Position numbers and translations under genes: made by a program. DNA of 57,853 nt from a bacterium (GTDB lineage: Bacteria > Desulfobacterota > DSWW01): contig JBFLZG010000005.1 in assembly GCA_040756235.1 (NCBI GenBank), positions 37,997 to 95,849 on the forward strand, read 5' to 3'. Below, in pieces: positions 29,337 to 38,177 of the stretch (its first letter is position 1; each line of letters begins with the position of its first letter). Under the pieces are notes generated by a model that saw only the letters and a list, made by a program, of their open reading frames with translations, was not told where the DNA came from and made no database searches.

Positions 29337-29852
29337 TTGCGGAAGAGCGAACTTGCAGGGACGGCCGAAAACGAGAACGAAGCGGGCAGATTGGCCGGAT
29401 CGGTGCTGGATCGTGGGAACCGGCGGGACGGACCGGACCGCAGGCGCCGGCCGACGCCGATGTTGAGCCGCTATACTTTCGGAGGGCGAAGGAAGGCGGT
29501 TCGCAGGGCCGAGGACAAGAGAAGTTATATCTATGTCGACCAGTACAACCTCGGGCTGTTCCTGTTCCTGCTCGCGATCCTCCTTCTCGGCGTGGCCGAC
29601 GCCTTCCTCACGCTGTACCACGTGCACGTGAACGAAGCCGAGGAGATGAATCCTTTCATGGAATTCTTCCTCGGCATCGGTCCCCGCGTGTTCTTTCACG
29701 TGAAGTATGTCCTGACCGCTCTTTGCCTGATCGTGCTCTGCCTCCACAAGAACCTGCCCATGGTCCGTTACCTGCTCGCCATCGTGTTCGTGATCTACGT
29801 GCTCATCGTCGCCAACCACGTGTACCTGTTCCTGATGCTGGGACCCCCATGA
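29337..29852 (+). CDS. DUF5658-like small membrane protein
   Basis: Arg-rich N-part (DRRRRPTP...GGRRK.VRR...YVD.Y) then 3 TM with DAFLT...E.NPFM and K; start uncertain (ORF open from 29214). Confidence 0.7.
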   Translation: MRKSELAGTAENENEAGRLAGSVLDRGNRRDGPDRRRRPTPMLSRYTFGGRRKAVRRAEDKRSYIYVDQYNLGLFLFLLAILLLGVADAFLTLYHVHVNEAEEMNPFMEFFLGIGPRVFFHVKYVLTALCLIVLCLHKNLPMVRYLLAIVFVIYVLIVANHVYLFLMLGPP

Positions 29853-30370
29853 GCCGGGCCGATACGGACGAGCTGCTGGACGTGCTGGACGCGAACGACC
29901 GGGTCGTCGGGACCGCAGGCAGGGGAGAGATCCACCGCAGGGGCCTGTGCCACCGGAGCGTGCACGTCTTTCTCACGGACGGGCAGGGGAGGATCTACCT
30001 TCAAAGAAGATCCTGGGCCAAGAAGGAGCATCCGGGCAGGTGGGACTCCTCTGCTTCGGGACACGTGGGGACGGGTGAATCGTACGGTCATGCGGCCGCC
30101 CGGGAGCTGGGCGAGGAGCTCGGGATCGAGGCTGCCCCGGAGCCGCTTCTCAAGGTGCCGGCCAGCTCCGAGACCGGCTGGGAGCACAGCATGCTCTACG
30201 TCGTGCGCGGCCCGGCTGCAGGTCAGGTCATTGTTCCCGATCCGGAAGAGATCATCGAAGGCCGGTTCTTCACGGAAGCGGAAGCTCTCGAGCTCATCCG
30301 GAAGGCCCCGGACACGGTGTCACCGGCCTTTTGTCTGCTCTTCGAAGCTTGGCGGCGGCAGGGCCGCTGA
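29849..30370 (+). CDS. NUDIX hydrolase (IDI type 1/YfcD-like)
   Basis: HRSVHVFL, LQRRS..K..PG.WD, Nudix box GHVGTGESYGHAAARELGEELG. Confidence 0.88.
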   Translation: MSRADTDELLDVLDANDRVVGTAGRGEIHRRGLCHRSVHVFLTDGQGRIYLQRRSWAKKEHPGRWDSSASGHVGTGESYGHAAARELGEELGIEAAPEPLLKVPASSETGWEHSMLYVVRGPAAGQVIVPDPEEIIEGRFFTEAEALELIRKAPDTVSPAFCLLFEAWRRQGR

Positions 30371-30448
30371 GCGCTGCTCTGCAGGAACGGGGCGACGCAG
30401 TCTGTGGAGTGGCCTTGCCCATCGGCGGCGCGGCGGGTCGCATCCATT

Positions 30449-30526
30449 GTCGGAGATTGCGAGGCCCGGAGGGCCGCGGCAACCCTCTGAAGCGGCGGGT
30501 ACAGGCGGTCGCCACGCTCGCAATCT
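30449..30526. repeat. Palindromic repeat family D copy
   Basis: AGATTGCGAG (30454) ... CTCGCAATCT (30517) inverted; GTCGGAGATTGCGAGGCC identical to 43510-43527. Confidence 0.65.
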
Positions 30527-30616
30527 GGAGCCTAGGTTGGTGGACACGCCTTCGGCTTGGTCCACCCTACCGAATGCTCATGTCGCTCGCTCGCGAAGAC
30601 CCACTACCCAGCCTCT

Positions 30617-30895
30617 CTATCCGAGGTTGCTCATGGCCTCATGCACGTAGCACCAGGTCCATTTGTCCCCGGGCATCACGGAGCGCATGACGGAATGTTG
30701 TGTCTCGTGGAAGTGCCGGGTTGCGTGCCGCCCAGGCGACGAGTCGCAGCAACCCACGTGCCCGCAACTCTGGCACTCGCGCAACGCCACCCAGCGCGTG
30801 CCCTCGCGCAGGCAGTCTTCGCAAGCGCCCGGGGTGTTGGGGGGAGGGAAGCTCCCTTCCGTCAACCCGCTCAGGTGCTCACATGGCACAGCCAT
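30617..30895 (-). CDS. Stand-alone UBP-type zinc finger protein
   Basis: C.H...CEDC...W..LRECQSCGHVGCCDSS..RHATRHF...H......PG..W.WCY; SD AGGAG. Confidence 0.88.
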   Translation of the reverse strand: MAVPCEHLSGLTEGSFPPPNTPGACEDCLREGTRWVALRECQSCGHVGCCDSSPGRHATRHFHETQHSVMRSVMPGDKWTWCYVHEAMSNLG

Positions 30896-30929
30896 CTTCT
30901 TCTCCTTTCAATATCTTTCAGCCTCTCGG

Positions 30930-31391
30930 TCAGCCCACGGAGGTGACATCCAGAATACCGGAGCTGGTGTTCAGGAGCCCCTCCAGGGTGATCGGTCTCG
31001 GCGCCCCTTGAGGGTCTTGCCGAAGCAGGTCCATGAGCTCTTCCGGTCCTCTCACCCTCAGCGTGCTCAAGGGGATTCTCTCGAGTATATAGATCGAGGA
31101 CCGGGTTCCGGTCAGGTCCTCGGCTTTGTCGACCTCGAACAGGTAGCGCAGATCCTGGCCCTGAAGCCTCAAAACATGCGGGTTGGCGGTTGACTTGCCC
31201 TCGCTGAAGGGATAGATCGTGCCGCTGAAGCGGACCCGTGGGAAGACCTCGTCGGGCCGCAGAGGCGCAGGTTGATGACGGCCGCCGCCGAAAGCCTGGG
31301 CAAGGGCGGAAGGGGTCCGGGTCAAAGGACCGATCCCGACCGCTGACAGGATGATTAAGGCGGCTGCAAGCCTGCTGCAAGACTTCTTCAT
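30930..31391 (-). CDS. Hypothetical secreted protein
   Basis: SD AAAGGAG; signal peptide MKKSCSRLAAALIILSAV...ALA; no family recognised. Confidence 0.65.
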   Translation of the reverse strand: MKKSCSRLAAALIILSAVGIGPLTRTPSALAQAFGGGRHQPAPLRPDEVFPRVRFSGTIYPFSEGKSTANPHVLRLQGQDLRYLFEVDKAEDLTGTRSSIYILERIPLSTLRVRGPEELMDLLRQDPQGAPRPITLEGLLNTSSGILDVTSVG

Positions 31392-31743
31392 GATGTTTCT
31401 TCTCCTTTGAAGTCTGTCTGCCTGTCTTTCCTGGAGAAAAGAAAAAAGGAACCTTGCGCGAACACGACTCCGACCGCCTGGTCGTACGGCGCTCCGGCGG
31501 CCCATCGCCTTCTCGTTCGGCAGGTCAGTTTGCGTACGGCTTTCTTGTTTAGATGGCTTTGGATGGCTCGAGGGGACGGGGAAGCGTCGGGCAGGCGCTG
31601 CTCGGAGCGGGGGTGCCGCGAGCAGGAGCTCCTAAACTTTCCCCCTCCAAATGATGTCTAATTAATGTATAATGAATAATTGAAGACGATCTTTTCTCCC
31701 GAACGGAAGCCTTGGAATCTCTGCAAGAGGAGAGGTTGCTTCG

Positions 31744-33414
31744 ATGAGAACGATACGGACCTGGCTGGTTTCGCTGTTCGTGAGCCTGACGCTCGTTGCG
31801 GCGCCGGTAAGCAGCGCATTCGCGCAGGACGCATCGTCTCCGCCGCCCGTGGCCCAGCCGCTGGTGCGGGAGGGCGATCTTGCGGTGAAGCTCGTCGCGG
31901 CCCTCAACCTCGGCCAGACGAGCAACGAAGCAGAGGCCGAAAGCGCACTGACCCGGGCGGGAATCGCCCCGTCCAACGGGTGGATCGCGGACTATCCCGT
32001 GACCCCGGACGTGATCAGCGAGCTCCTGCAAGGGGTGCGCGCGGCCGCGGCTTCAGGCAAGATCGGGCTGAGCGAGGCGGACGCGATGAACACTTTCAAC
32101 GGCGTCACGGCCGACCTCGGCCTTGCGATCGCGCCTGCTCAGGAAGGCGCGCAACAGGCAGAGTCGAGCGCTCCGCCTCCTCCGCCTCCCAGCGAGCCGC
32201 TCTACACGAGCCCGACGACCGTCAACAACTACTACTATGAATACGGGCCGCCGGTGGTTACGTACTATCCGCCGCCTCCGTACTACTCATACCTCTATGC
32301 CTGGGTCCCATTCCCGTTCTTCTCCTTCGGCTTCTGGTTTCCCGGCTACTACTGCCTCAACGACTTCGACCGGGTCGTCTACGTGGGGCATCATGCAAGG
32401 TACGTCAGCAATCACTGGTATGACCCTCACAGGCGAGGATATGTGCGGGTAGAGCCGCCCTACTACCATCGGCACGACCCCTACCATCGGGAGAGGTACG
32501 CCGGAACCGAGCATGGCTCTTCCTCCTCCTCCCGTTACGCTGACCGAGACGCTCGTGAGCTCCGCGACCGCATCGAGAGGGAAGGTCGTTCCCGGTCCGG
32601 TCCGCAGGAGGTGAGGGCCCAGAGGAGAACGGGCAAGGATCAGGCCGCTGTCGAGCGAGGGAGCAGACCGGCAACTCCCGGCAGAGCCGGGAGCAAGTCA
32701 CAGGAGCTCACACGGCCACGGCCCTCTCGTGCCGCAGAAGGCTACGCCAGGAACCCGGCAGGCGCTTTGCAGCCGTCGGCGAATGCGCGGAATCCGGTAA
32801 GCCGGAGCTATGGGACGATGAGCAGGAATCAGCCCGATCGGCCGGCCGCCGCTCCTTACCGCGGACGGTCGAGCAGTGCGATCGACTCCCCCGCTCGCCC
32901 CGTGAGCCCTCCGGCCCGTGAGGCCCCCGGGCAGAGGTTCTCTCGTGACGGAGCCGGCCGGCCTTCCGGTCAGGCGCGCGTCGAGCAGCCGGCTGTCATC
33001 TACCGGGGCAGGGTGGCTTCTTCCGCGGACCGTGCTGCCGTCGTCGTTCGCACCAACCCTCCTGCTTTCCGGCCGCGGGTGAGCGCCGTCCCGCCGAGAT
33101 CTGCGACTGTGTCGCCGGGTCGCGGTGATGCGCGGCAGCAATCTCCTGCAGTCGGCACGCTCCGCAGTTACGGCCGCAGCACGACGGCCGGGCCGAGCTT
33201 CAGCAGACCGTCGGCGATCGCACCGAGGTCCTTCAGCGCTCCGAGCTTCAGCAGGTCCCCGGCGCCGCAGCCCAGGTTCTTCAGCGGCGGCGGCCCTCGC
33301 TCCAGCGCCCCCCGGCTCAGCGCGCCGCCCGCGAGTGGAGGCAGGTCGGCCCTTGGCGCATTCCAGGGAGGCGGGGCGTCCATGCGGGGGGGCGGCTTCT
33401 CCGGACGTAGATGA
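31744..33414 (+). CDS. Secreted protein with folded N-domain, Tyr/Pro/aromatic-rich core and long R/S/P/G-rich disordered tail
   Basis: SD GAGG; signal peptide ending AFA; YYYEYGPPVVTYYPPPPYY; repeated SFSR/APSFS/GG units in tail. Confidence 0.75.
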   Translation: MRTIRTWLVSLFVSLTLVAAPVSSAFAQDASSPPPVAQPLVREGDLAVKLVAALNLGQTSNEAEAESALTRAGIAPSNGWIADYPVTPDVISELLQGVRAAAASGKIGLSEADAMNTFNGVTADLGLAIAPAQEGAQQAESSAPPPPPPSEPLYTSPTTVNNYYYEYGPPVVTYYPPPPYYSYLYAWVPFPFFSFGFWFPGYYCLNDFDRVVYVGHHARYVSNHWYDPHRRGYVRVEPPYYHRHDPYHRERYAGTEHGSSSSSRYADRDARELRDRIEREGRSRSGPQEVRAQRRTGKDQAAVERGSRPATPGRAGSKSQELTRPRPSRAAEGYARNPAGALQPSANARNPVSRSYGTMSRNQPDRPAAAPYRGRSSSAIDSPARPVSPPAREAPGQRFSRDGAGRPSGQARVEQPAVIYRGRVASSADRAAVVVRTNPPAFRPRVSAVPPRSATVSPGRGDARQQSPAVGTLRSYGRSTTAGPSFSRPSAIAPRSFSAPSFSRSPAPQPRFFSGGGPRSSAPRLSAPPASGGRSALGAFQGGGASMRGGGFSGRR

Positions 33415-33417
33415 GAT

Positions 33418-33482
33418 CAAGGGGTAAGGGTGAAGGTTCAAAGCAGGCAAGAACGATCCTTCTATCTTCACCTGTTACCTTA
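33418..33482. repeat. Inverted heptamer repeats between convergent genes
   Basis: GGGGTAA-GGGTGAA-GGTTCAA ... TTCTATC-TTCACCT-GTTACCT. Confidence 0.55.
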
Positions 33483-33492
33483 GATTCATCGC

Positions 33493-34320
33493 CTAACGTT
33501 CTATAATATCGGCTATTATTGGAAGTAACTGACAGGCCGTTCCGGCGCTTGCCAGCCCGCCGGGATGGCTTTCCGCCATGGCACGGAACGGATTGGGGTG
33601 GGGGTTCACGTCCAGGAACAGGGCATCCTGCTTTGCCATGAAGAGCTCTCCGATCCGCATCGGAAGGGTCGTGGCCCCGGAGGTGCCGATCACGAGCAGA
33701 AGGTCGGCAGCTTGCGCCCACCGGAAGGCGCTTTCCGCCTGGAAGAGCCGCTCTTCGTAGTACTCGTCGAACCACAGTACATGGGGCCGCGCTAGGCCGC
33801 CGCAGCGTGAGCAGCGAAGCATCCCCTTTTCCCGCTCGGTCACGGGTTCGTTCTTCTGCTTCGGGCAGACCCCCGGCGGCACGGGCTCGACCTCATCGCA
33901 GCATGCGCGGCTGCAGCGCATGAGGTGCAGGTTCCCGTGGATCTGAAAGGTGCGCTCGGGGGTGTTGCCTGCCCTGAGGTGAAGGCCGTCCACATTCTGC
34001 GTGATCAGCCGGAAACGCCCGCCCAGCGCGCTTTCGATCCTGGCCAGGGCGAGGTGGCCGGGATTCGGAGCAGCGCGCGCACAGACCGCCCTGCGGTAGA
34101 GGTACCAGGACCAGACCTCCCAGGGGTCCTTCCCGAACATGGAGACGGTGGCCATCTGTTCGGGCCGGTATTCCGTGGAGCCGACGGTCCAGTAGCCTTC
34201 GGGGCCGCGGAAGGTAGGGATGCCGCTCTCGGCGGAAATGCCCGCGCCCGTGAGCACGGCGATCCTGCCGGCGCGTTCTCGGAAAGCAGTGAGGAGGGAT
34301 TCCAGCCTGCGGAGTTCCAT
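33493..34320 (-). CDS. cobB: NAD-dependent protein deacylase (sirtuin, CobB/class III-like)
   Basis: GAGISAESGIPTFRG, ITQNVDGLH, IHGN, Zn-binding Cys pairs, RPHVLWF, IGTSG; WYLYRR Y-x-x-R motif. Confidence 0.92.
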   Translation of the reverse strand: MELRRLESLLTAFRERAGRIAVLTGAGISAESGIPTFRGPEGYWTVGSTEYRPEQMATVSMFGKDPWEVWSWYLYRRAVCARAAPNPGHLALARIESALGGRFRLITQNVDGLHLRAGNTPERTFQIHGNLHLMRCSRACCDEVEPVPPGVCPKQKNEPVTEREKGMLRCSRCGGLARPHVLWFDEYYEERLFQAESAFRWAQAADLLLVIGTSGATTLPMRIGELFMAKQDALFLDVNPHPNPFRAMAESHPGGLASAGTACQLLPIIADIIER

Positions 34321-34351
34321 CGTGGCTCCTCCCGACCGGATGCAGGGCGCT

Positions 34352-34379
34352 GTAAGGGCGAAAAATCTTTCGCCCCTAC
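34352..34379. repeat. GTAG REP-like hairpin
   Basis: GTAAGGGCGAAA-AATC-TTTCGCCCCTAC, near-identical to 2632-2659; overlaps hdrB TAG stop. Confidence 0.75.
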
Positions 34380-35272
34380 GGTTCCCGGTCGAGCAGGGGG
34401 TCCACCTTGATCCGGTGCTGATCCAGCCCGAGCCTGCCGGTATCGACGTCCAGGACGAGCCCCAGGAGCTGGGAGATGAACAGGACCGGTATGGCGTGAT
34501 CCCGGCCGTGCTTGCGGTTGATCATCACCTGGCCGCGGTCGAACTGCTCGAAGCAGGACGGACAGCCCACGGCGATCGCCTGCGCGTTCTTGTCCGCCAT
34601 GTGGGTGAGCTTCTCCCGGGTGATTTCATTGGCGGCATCGAGATCCACCTTGGTCCCCAGGGCCGACCCGCAGCAGAGCAGCCTCCTCGAGTACTGGATC
34701 GTCGTCAGGCCCGCCGCTTCCAGCAGTTCCTCCATCTGCGTGGGGACCAGGCTCTTGCTGGGAGAGAGCCGATCCGGGTACATGATGCGCGGCGGCCGGT
34801 AGAAGTGGCATCCGTAGTGGCAAGCGATGCGAAAGGAGAACCGCTTCCGGGTCTGCTTGCGGACGGCCTCCAGCCCGAGGTCGTCCCGGAGCACGTCCAG
34901 AAGGTGCCGGACCTCGATCTCTCCCTTGAACTCCTTGCCCCATGGCTTGAGCGTCTCGTTGACCGTCTTGCGCAGCCCGGGGTCCCTCTTCAGGACGAGG
35001 TTGGCCTCCTTCAGAGTGTTCGTGCAGCCGTTGCAGAGCGTCAGGATGTTGAGGCCTGCCTGTTCCGCCAGACACAGGTTCCGGGCGGCCAGCGCGAGCC
35101 AGCTCGGGTAGTGGACGAGCTTGATCAGGGTCGGGGCCGGGCAGCAGCTGAACTCCATGTCCACCAGCTCGATGTTCAGTGCTTCCGCCACCGCGCGGGT
35201 GGAGCTCTCGAAGCCCGGATACTTGACCGGGATCAGACAACCCAGAAAGAAGGCATAGCGCATCGCAGTCAT
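34376..35272 (-). CDS. hdrB: Heterodisulfide reductase subunit B
   Basis: YAFFLGC, SCCP, AARNLCLAE, LCNGC, HYGCH..RP, CCG, CPSC..QFD. Confidence 0.93.
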   Translation of the reverse strand: MTAMRYAFFLGCLIPVKYPGFESSTRAVAEALNIELVDMEFSCCPAPTLIKLVHYPSWLALAARNLCLAEQAGLNILTLCNGCTNTLKEANLVLKRDPGLRKTVNETLKPWGKEFKGEIEVRHLLDVLRDDLGLEAVRKQTRKRFSFRIACHYGCHFYRPPRIMYPDRLSPSKSLVPTQMEELLEAAGLTTIQYSRRLLCCGSALGTKVDLDAANEITREKLTHMADKNAQAIAVGCPSCFEQFDRGQVMINRKHGRDHAIPVLFISQLLGLVLDVDTGRLGLDQHRIKVDPLLDREP

Positions 35273-35724
35273 CCCAGAAGGCCGGCAAGGCCCGTTTTCT
35301 CGAGAATCCCCTCGACTTCGTCCACCGGGATCTCCGGCAGCGGCCCGAGGCCGAGCTTCTCGCGAATCTCCGAGATGCGCTTGGACACGAGCAGCACCCG
35401 GCCGGTGTGCAGGACCATCCCGGCGCTCGCCTTGACCTTCTCCGGGATGTGACCCCTCTTGGCGGCCTCGTTCATCAGCGCCATGAGCAGATCGGTCACG
35501 TCCAGCATCTGAGGGCAGCGGTCCTCGCAGACGTGGCAGGTGGTGCAGCACCAGAGCTTCTCGTCCCGGACCACGGCGTCCAGGCCCATCCGGAGACAGG
35601 TGAGCAGGTAGTTCCTCGGATTGAACCCGTCCACTGCGAGCGCGGCGGGGCAGCTGCCTGTGCAGCGGGCGCACTCGTAGCACTCGTAGAGCAGCGCCTC
35701 GTCGAAGATGGAGGGGGACTTCAT
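35269..35724 (-). CDS. hdrC: Heterodisulfide reductase subunit C
   Basis: CYECARCTGSCP and WCCTTCHVCEDRCP (two 4Fe-4S motifs). Confidence 0.92.
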   Translation of the reverse strand: MKSPSIFDEALLYECYECARCTGSCPAALAVDGFNPRNYLLTCLRMGLDAVVRDEKLWCCTTCHVCEDRCPQMLDVTDLLMALMNEAAKRGHIPEKVKASAGMVLHTGRVLLVSKRISEIREKLGLGPLPEIPVDEVEGILEKTGLAGLLG

Positions 35725-38177
35725 GAGGGCTTCCCTTTCTCGGAGAAGGTCCGGATGCCCTTCTCGATCTCATCATCGGTGATCCTGGAGACGATCTCCT
35801 TCATGGCGTGGATCTCCTGAGAGAACTTCAGCCCCTCCGCGGCGCTGATCCACGCTAGCCGGAGCCGTTCCTTGTCCAGTCCGAGCCGGGCCATCTTCTT
35901 CCACAGGCGCTGTACGCGCTTTTCGGTCTGGTGGTTGGCGTTGATGTAGTGGCAGTCTCCCGGGTGGCAGCCGGAGACGAGCACGGCGGCGATGCCCCTG
36001 GAGAAGGCGTATTCGACGAAAGCAGGATCGACCCGGCCCGAGCACATGGTCCTGACGATGCGGACCTCGGTCGGGTACTGCATGCGGCTCACCCCGGTGA
36101 AATCCGCTCCCGCGTACGAGCACCAGTTGCAGCAGAAGGCCAGCACCTTCCGGGCCGCACCGGTTTCGGCCAGAGCATCGATCTGGGCCAGGATCTGCGG
36201 GTCGCTGAAGTGGCGCATGCGGATCGCGCCGAACTTGCACTCCGGGGCGCAGGTGCCGCAGCCGGCGCAGGCGGCCTCGACCACTTGTGCGATCCTGGCT
36301 TCGGGATCGAGCAGGACGGCGCCGTAGGGGCACACCTTGGTGCAGGCGCCGCAGCCGGTGCACAGGCTCGGGTCAACCCTGGCCGTGATCGCCTCCACCG
36401 TCACCTTGCCCTTGGACATGAGGATGTTCGCGCGGCTGGCCGCGGCGCTCGCCTGGGTCACGCTGTCCTTGATGTCCTTCGGCCCCTCGGCGCAGCCGGC
36501 CAGGAAGATGCCTCCCGTGGGTGTGTCCACGGGCCTGAGCTTCGGGTGCGCCTCCATGAAGAAGCCGTCGGCCATGGACGGCAGCGAGAGCAGCCTCTTC
36601 ACCACGGCCGAGTCCTTGCGCGGCTCGATCCCCACCGAAAGGATGGCCATGTCCACTTCGTATTGATACAGCTTGCTCAAGAGCGTGTTCTCGCCGATGA
36701 GCTTCAGGTTGCCGGTGCGATCGTCCTGGATGATCTCTCCCGGAATGCCGCGGATGAAGATCACCCCTTCGCGGCGGGCCCGCTGCAGGAGATCCTCGAA
36801 CCCTTTGCCGAAGGCCCGGATGTCGATGTAGAAGACGTAGATCTTCGTCTCGGGCCAGTGCTCGCGGATGAGCAGCGCGTCCTTGATCGTGTTCATGCAG
36901 CAGATGTTGCTGCAGTACGGGTTGGAGCGCTTGGAGCGGGAGCCGATGCACTGGAGAAAGGCAACGGTCTTGGGGAGCTTTTTGTCCGAGGGCCGGATGA
37001 GGTGGCCTGCGGTGGGCCCGCCGGCATTGATCAGGCGCTCGAACTCCAGGCTCGTGATGACGTTGGGGAAGCGCTGGTAGCCGAGCTCCGTCAGGGAGCT
37101 CGGATCGTAGACGTCGCTTCCCGTGGCCACGATCACCGTGCCCACCTCGAGGTCCAGATGCTCCTCCTGCTGGGAGAAATCGATGCACTTGTGGCGGCAG
37201 GCCTGCATGCATCTGTCGCAGGCGATGATCCCCTTCTGGTTGAGGCACAGGCTCATGTCGATCAGGTACGAGGCGGGCACCGCCTGGGCGAAGGGCGAAT
37301 AGATGGCCTTCCGCGTGGAGAGGCCGCAGTCGAACTCGTTGGGGGCGTGCTGCGGGCACTCCTTGGTGCAATCCCCGCAGTAGGTGCATTCGCGGCTCAC
37401 GTACCGGGGCCTCCTCCGGATCCGGACGCGGAAGTTCCCGATGTATCCGTCCACCGACTCGACCTGGCTCAGGGTCATGAGCTCGATGTTGGGATGGCGT
37501 CCCACCTCGGACATCTTCGGCGCCAGGATGCAGATCGAGCAGTCCATGGTGGGGAAGGTCTTGTCGATCTGGGCCATGCGGCCCCCGATGCTCGCCTCCT
37601 TCTCGACGAGGTAGACCTTGTAGCCGCTGTCGGCCAGATCGAGCGACGCCTGGATGCCGGCCACGCCCCCGCCCACGACCAGCGCCTTGGGGGTGATCGG
37701 CACTTGCGTTTCGAGCTGGGGCTCGAGCAGGCGCGCCCGGGCCACCGCCATCTTGACCAGGTCCTTGGCCTTCTCGGTGGCGCCCTTGCGATCGTGCAGG
37801 TGGACCCAGCTGCAGTGCTCCCGGATGTTGGCCATCTCGAACAGATAGGGGTTCAGGCCCGCCTCGGCGCATGCGGCCCGGAAGGTCGGCTCGTGCAGCC
37901 TGGGGGTGCAGGACGCCACGACCACCCGGTTGAGCCCCTTTTCCCGGATGTCCGCCTTGATCGTCTCCTGGCCGGTGTTCGAGCAGGTGTAGAGCGAGTC
38001 CTTGGCCAGGACCACGTCTTCGAGGGTGGAGGCGAAACGGGCGACCGCCTCACAGTCGACGGAGCCGTCGATGTTCAGGCCGCAGTGACAGACGTAGACC
38101 CCAATCCGCAGGGATTCCGCGGGTGCGCTTCCGCTGCGACGCGGACTAGGTGCGCCTGTTCTTTGCCTCTTCGCCAT
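35721..38177 (-). CDS. hdrA: Heterodisulfide reductase subunit A fused to MvhD
   Basis: GVYVCHCG, ASCTP, REHCSWVH, GGGVAG FAD motif, DKTFPTMDC, EFER, QCIGSR, YCSNICC, ferredoxin domains; C-terminal MvhD FCCNWCSY, MCSGR, GCHPGDCHY, WISAAEG. Confidence 0.95.
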   Translation of the reverse strand: MAKRQRTGAPSPRRSGSAPAESLRIGVYVCHCGLNIDGSVDCEAVARFASTLEDVVLAKDSLYTCSNTGQETIKADIREKGLNRVVVASCTPRLHEPTFRAACAEAGLNPYLFEMANIREHCSWVHLHDRKGATEKAKDLVKMAVARARLLEPQLETQVPITPKALVVGGGVAGIQASLDLADSGYKVYLVEKEASIGGRMAQIDKTFPTMDCSICILAPKMSEVGRHPNIELMTLSQVESVDGYIGNFRVRIRRRPRYVSRECTYCGDCTKECPQHAPNEFDCGLSTRKAIYSPFAQAVPASYLIDMSLCLNQKGIIACDRCMQACRHKCIDFSQQEEHLDLEVGTVIVATGSDVYDPSSLTELGYQRFPNVITSLEFERLINAGGPTAGHLIRPSDKKLPKTVAFLQCIGSRSKRSNPYCSNICCMNTIKDALLIREHWPETKIYVFYIDIRAFGKGFEDLLQRARREGVIFIRGIPGEIIQDDRTGNLKLIGENTLLSKLYQYEVDMAILSVGIEPRKDSAVVKRLLSLPSMADGFFMEAHPKLRPVDTPTGGIFLAGCAEGPKDIKDSVTQASAAASRANILMSKGKVTVEAITARVDPSLCTGCGACTKVCPYGAVLLDPEARIAQVVEAACAGCGTCAPECKFGAIRMRHFSDPQILAQIDALAETGAARKVLAFCCNWCSYAGADFTGVSRMQYPTEVRIVRTMCSGRVDPAFVEYAFSRGIAAVLVSGCHPGDCHYINANHQTEKRVQRLWKKMARLGLDKERLRLAWISAAEGLKFSQEIHAMKEIVSRITDDEIEKGIRTFSEKGKPS

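Noticed and set aside
30617..34320. HDAC6-like functional link between ZnF-UBP and the sirtuin
   Set aside because: Separated by two unrelated genes including one on the opposite strand; sirtuins are unrelated to HDAC6
33493..34320. Sirtuin as an anti-phage SIR2 effector
   Set aside because: Canonical CobB-type deacylase with Zn domain; no defence partners nearby
34376..38177. Selenocysteine read-through in HdrA/MvhD (also considered for the C_GCAxxG_C_C protein)
   Set aside because: ORFs are continuous, with Cys at the relevant motifs and no in-frame TGA
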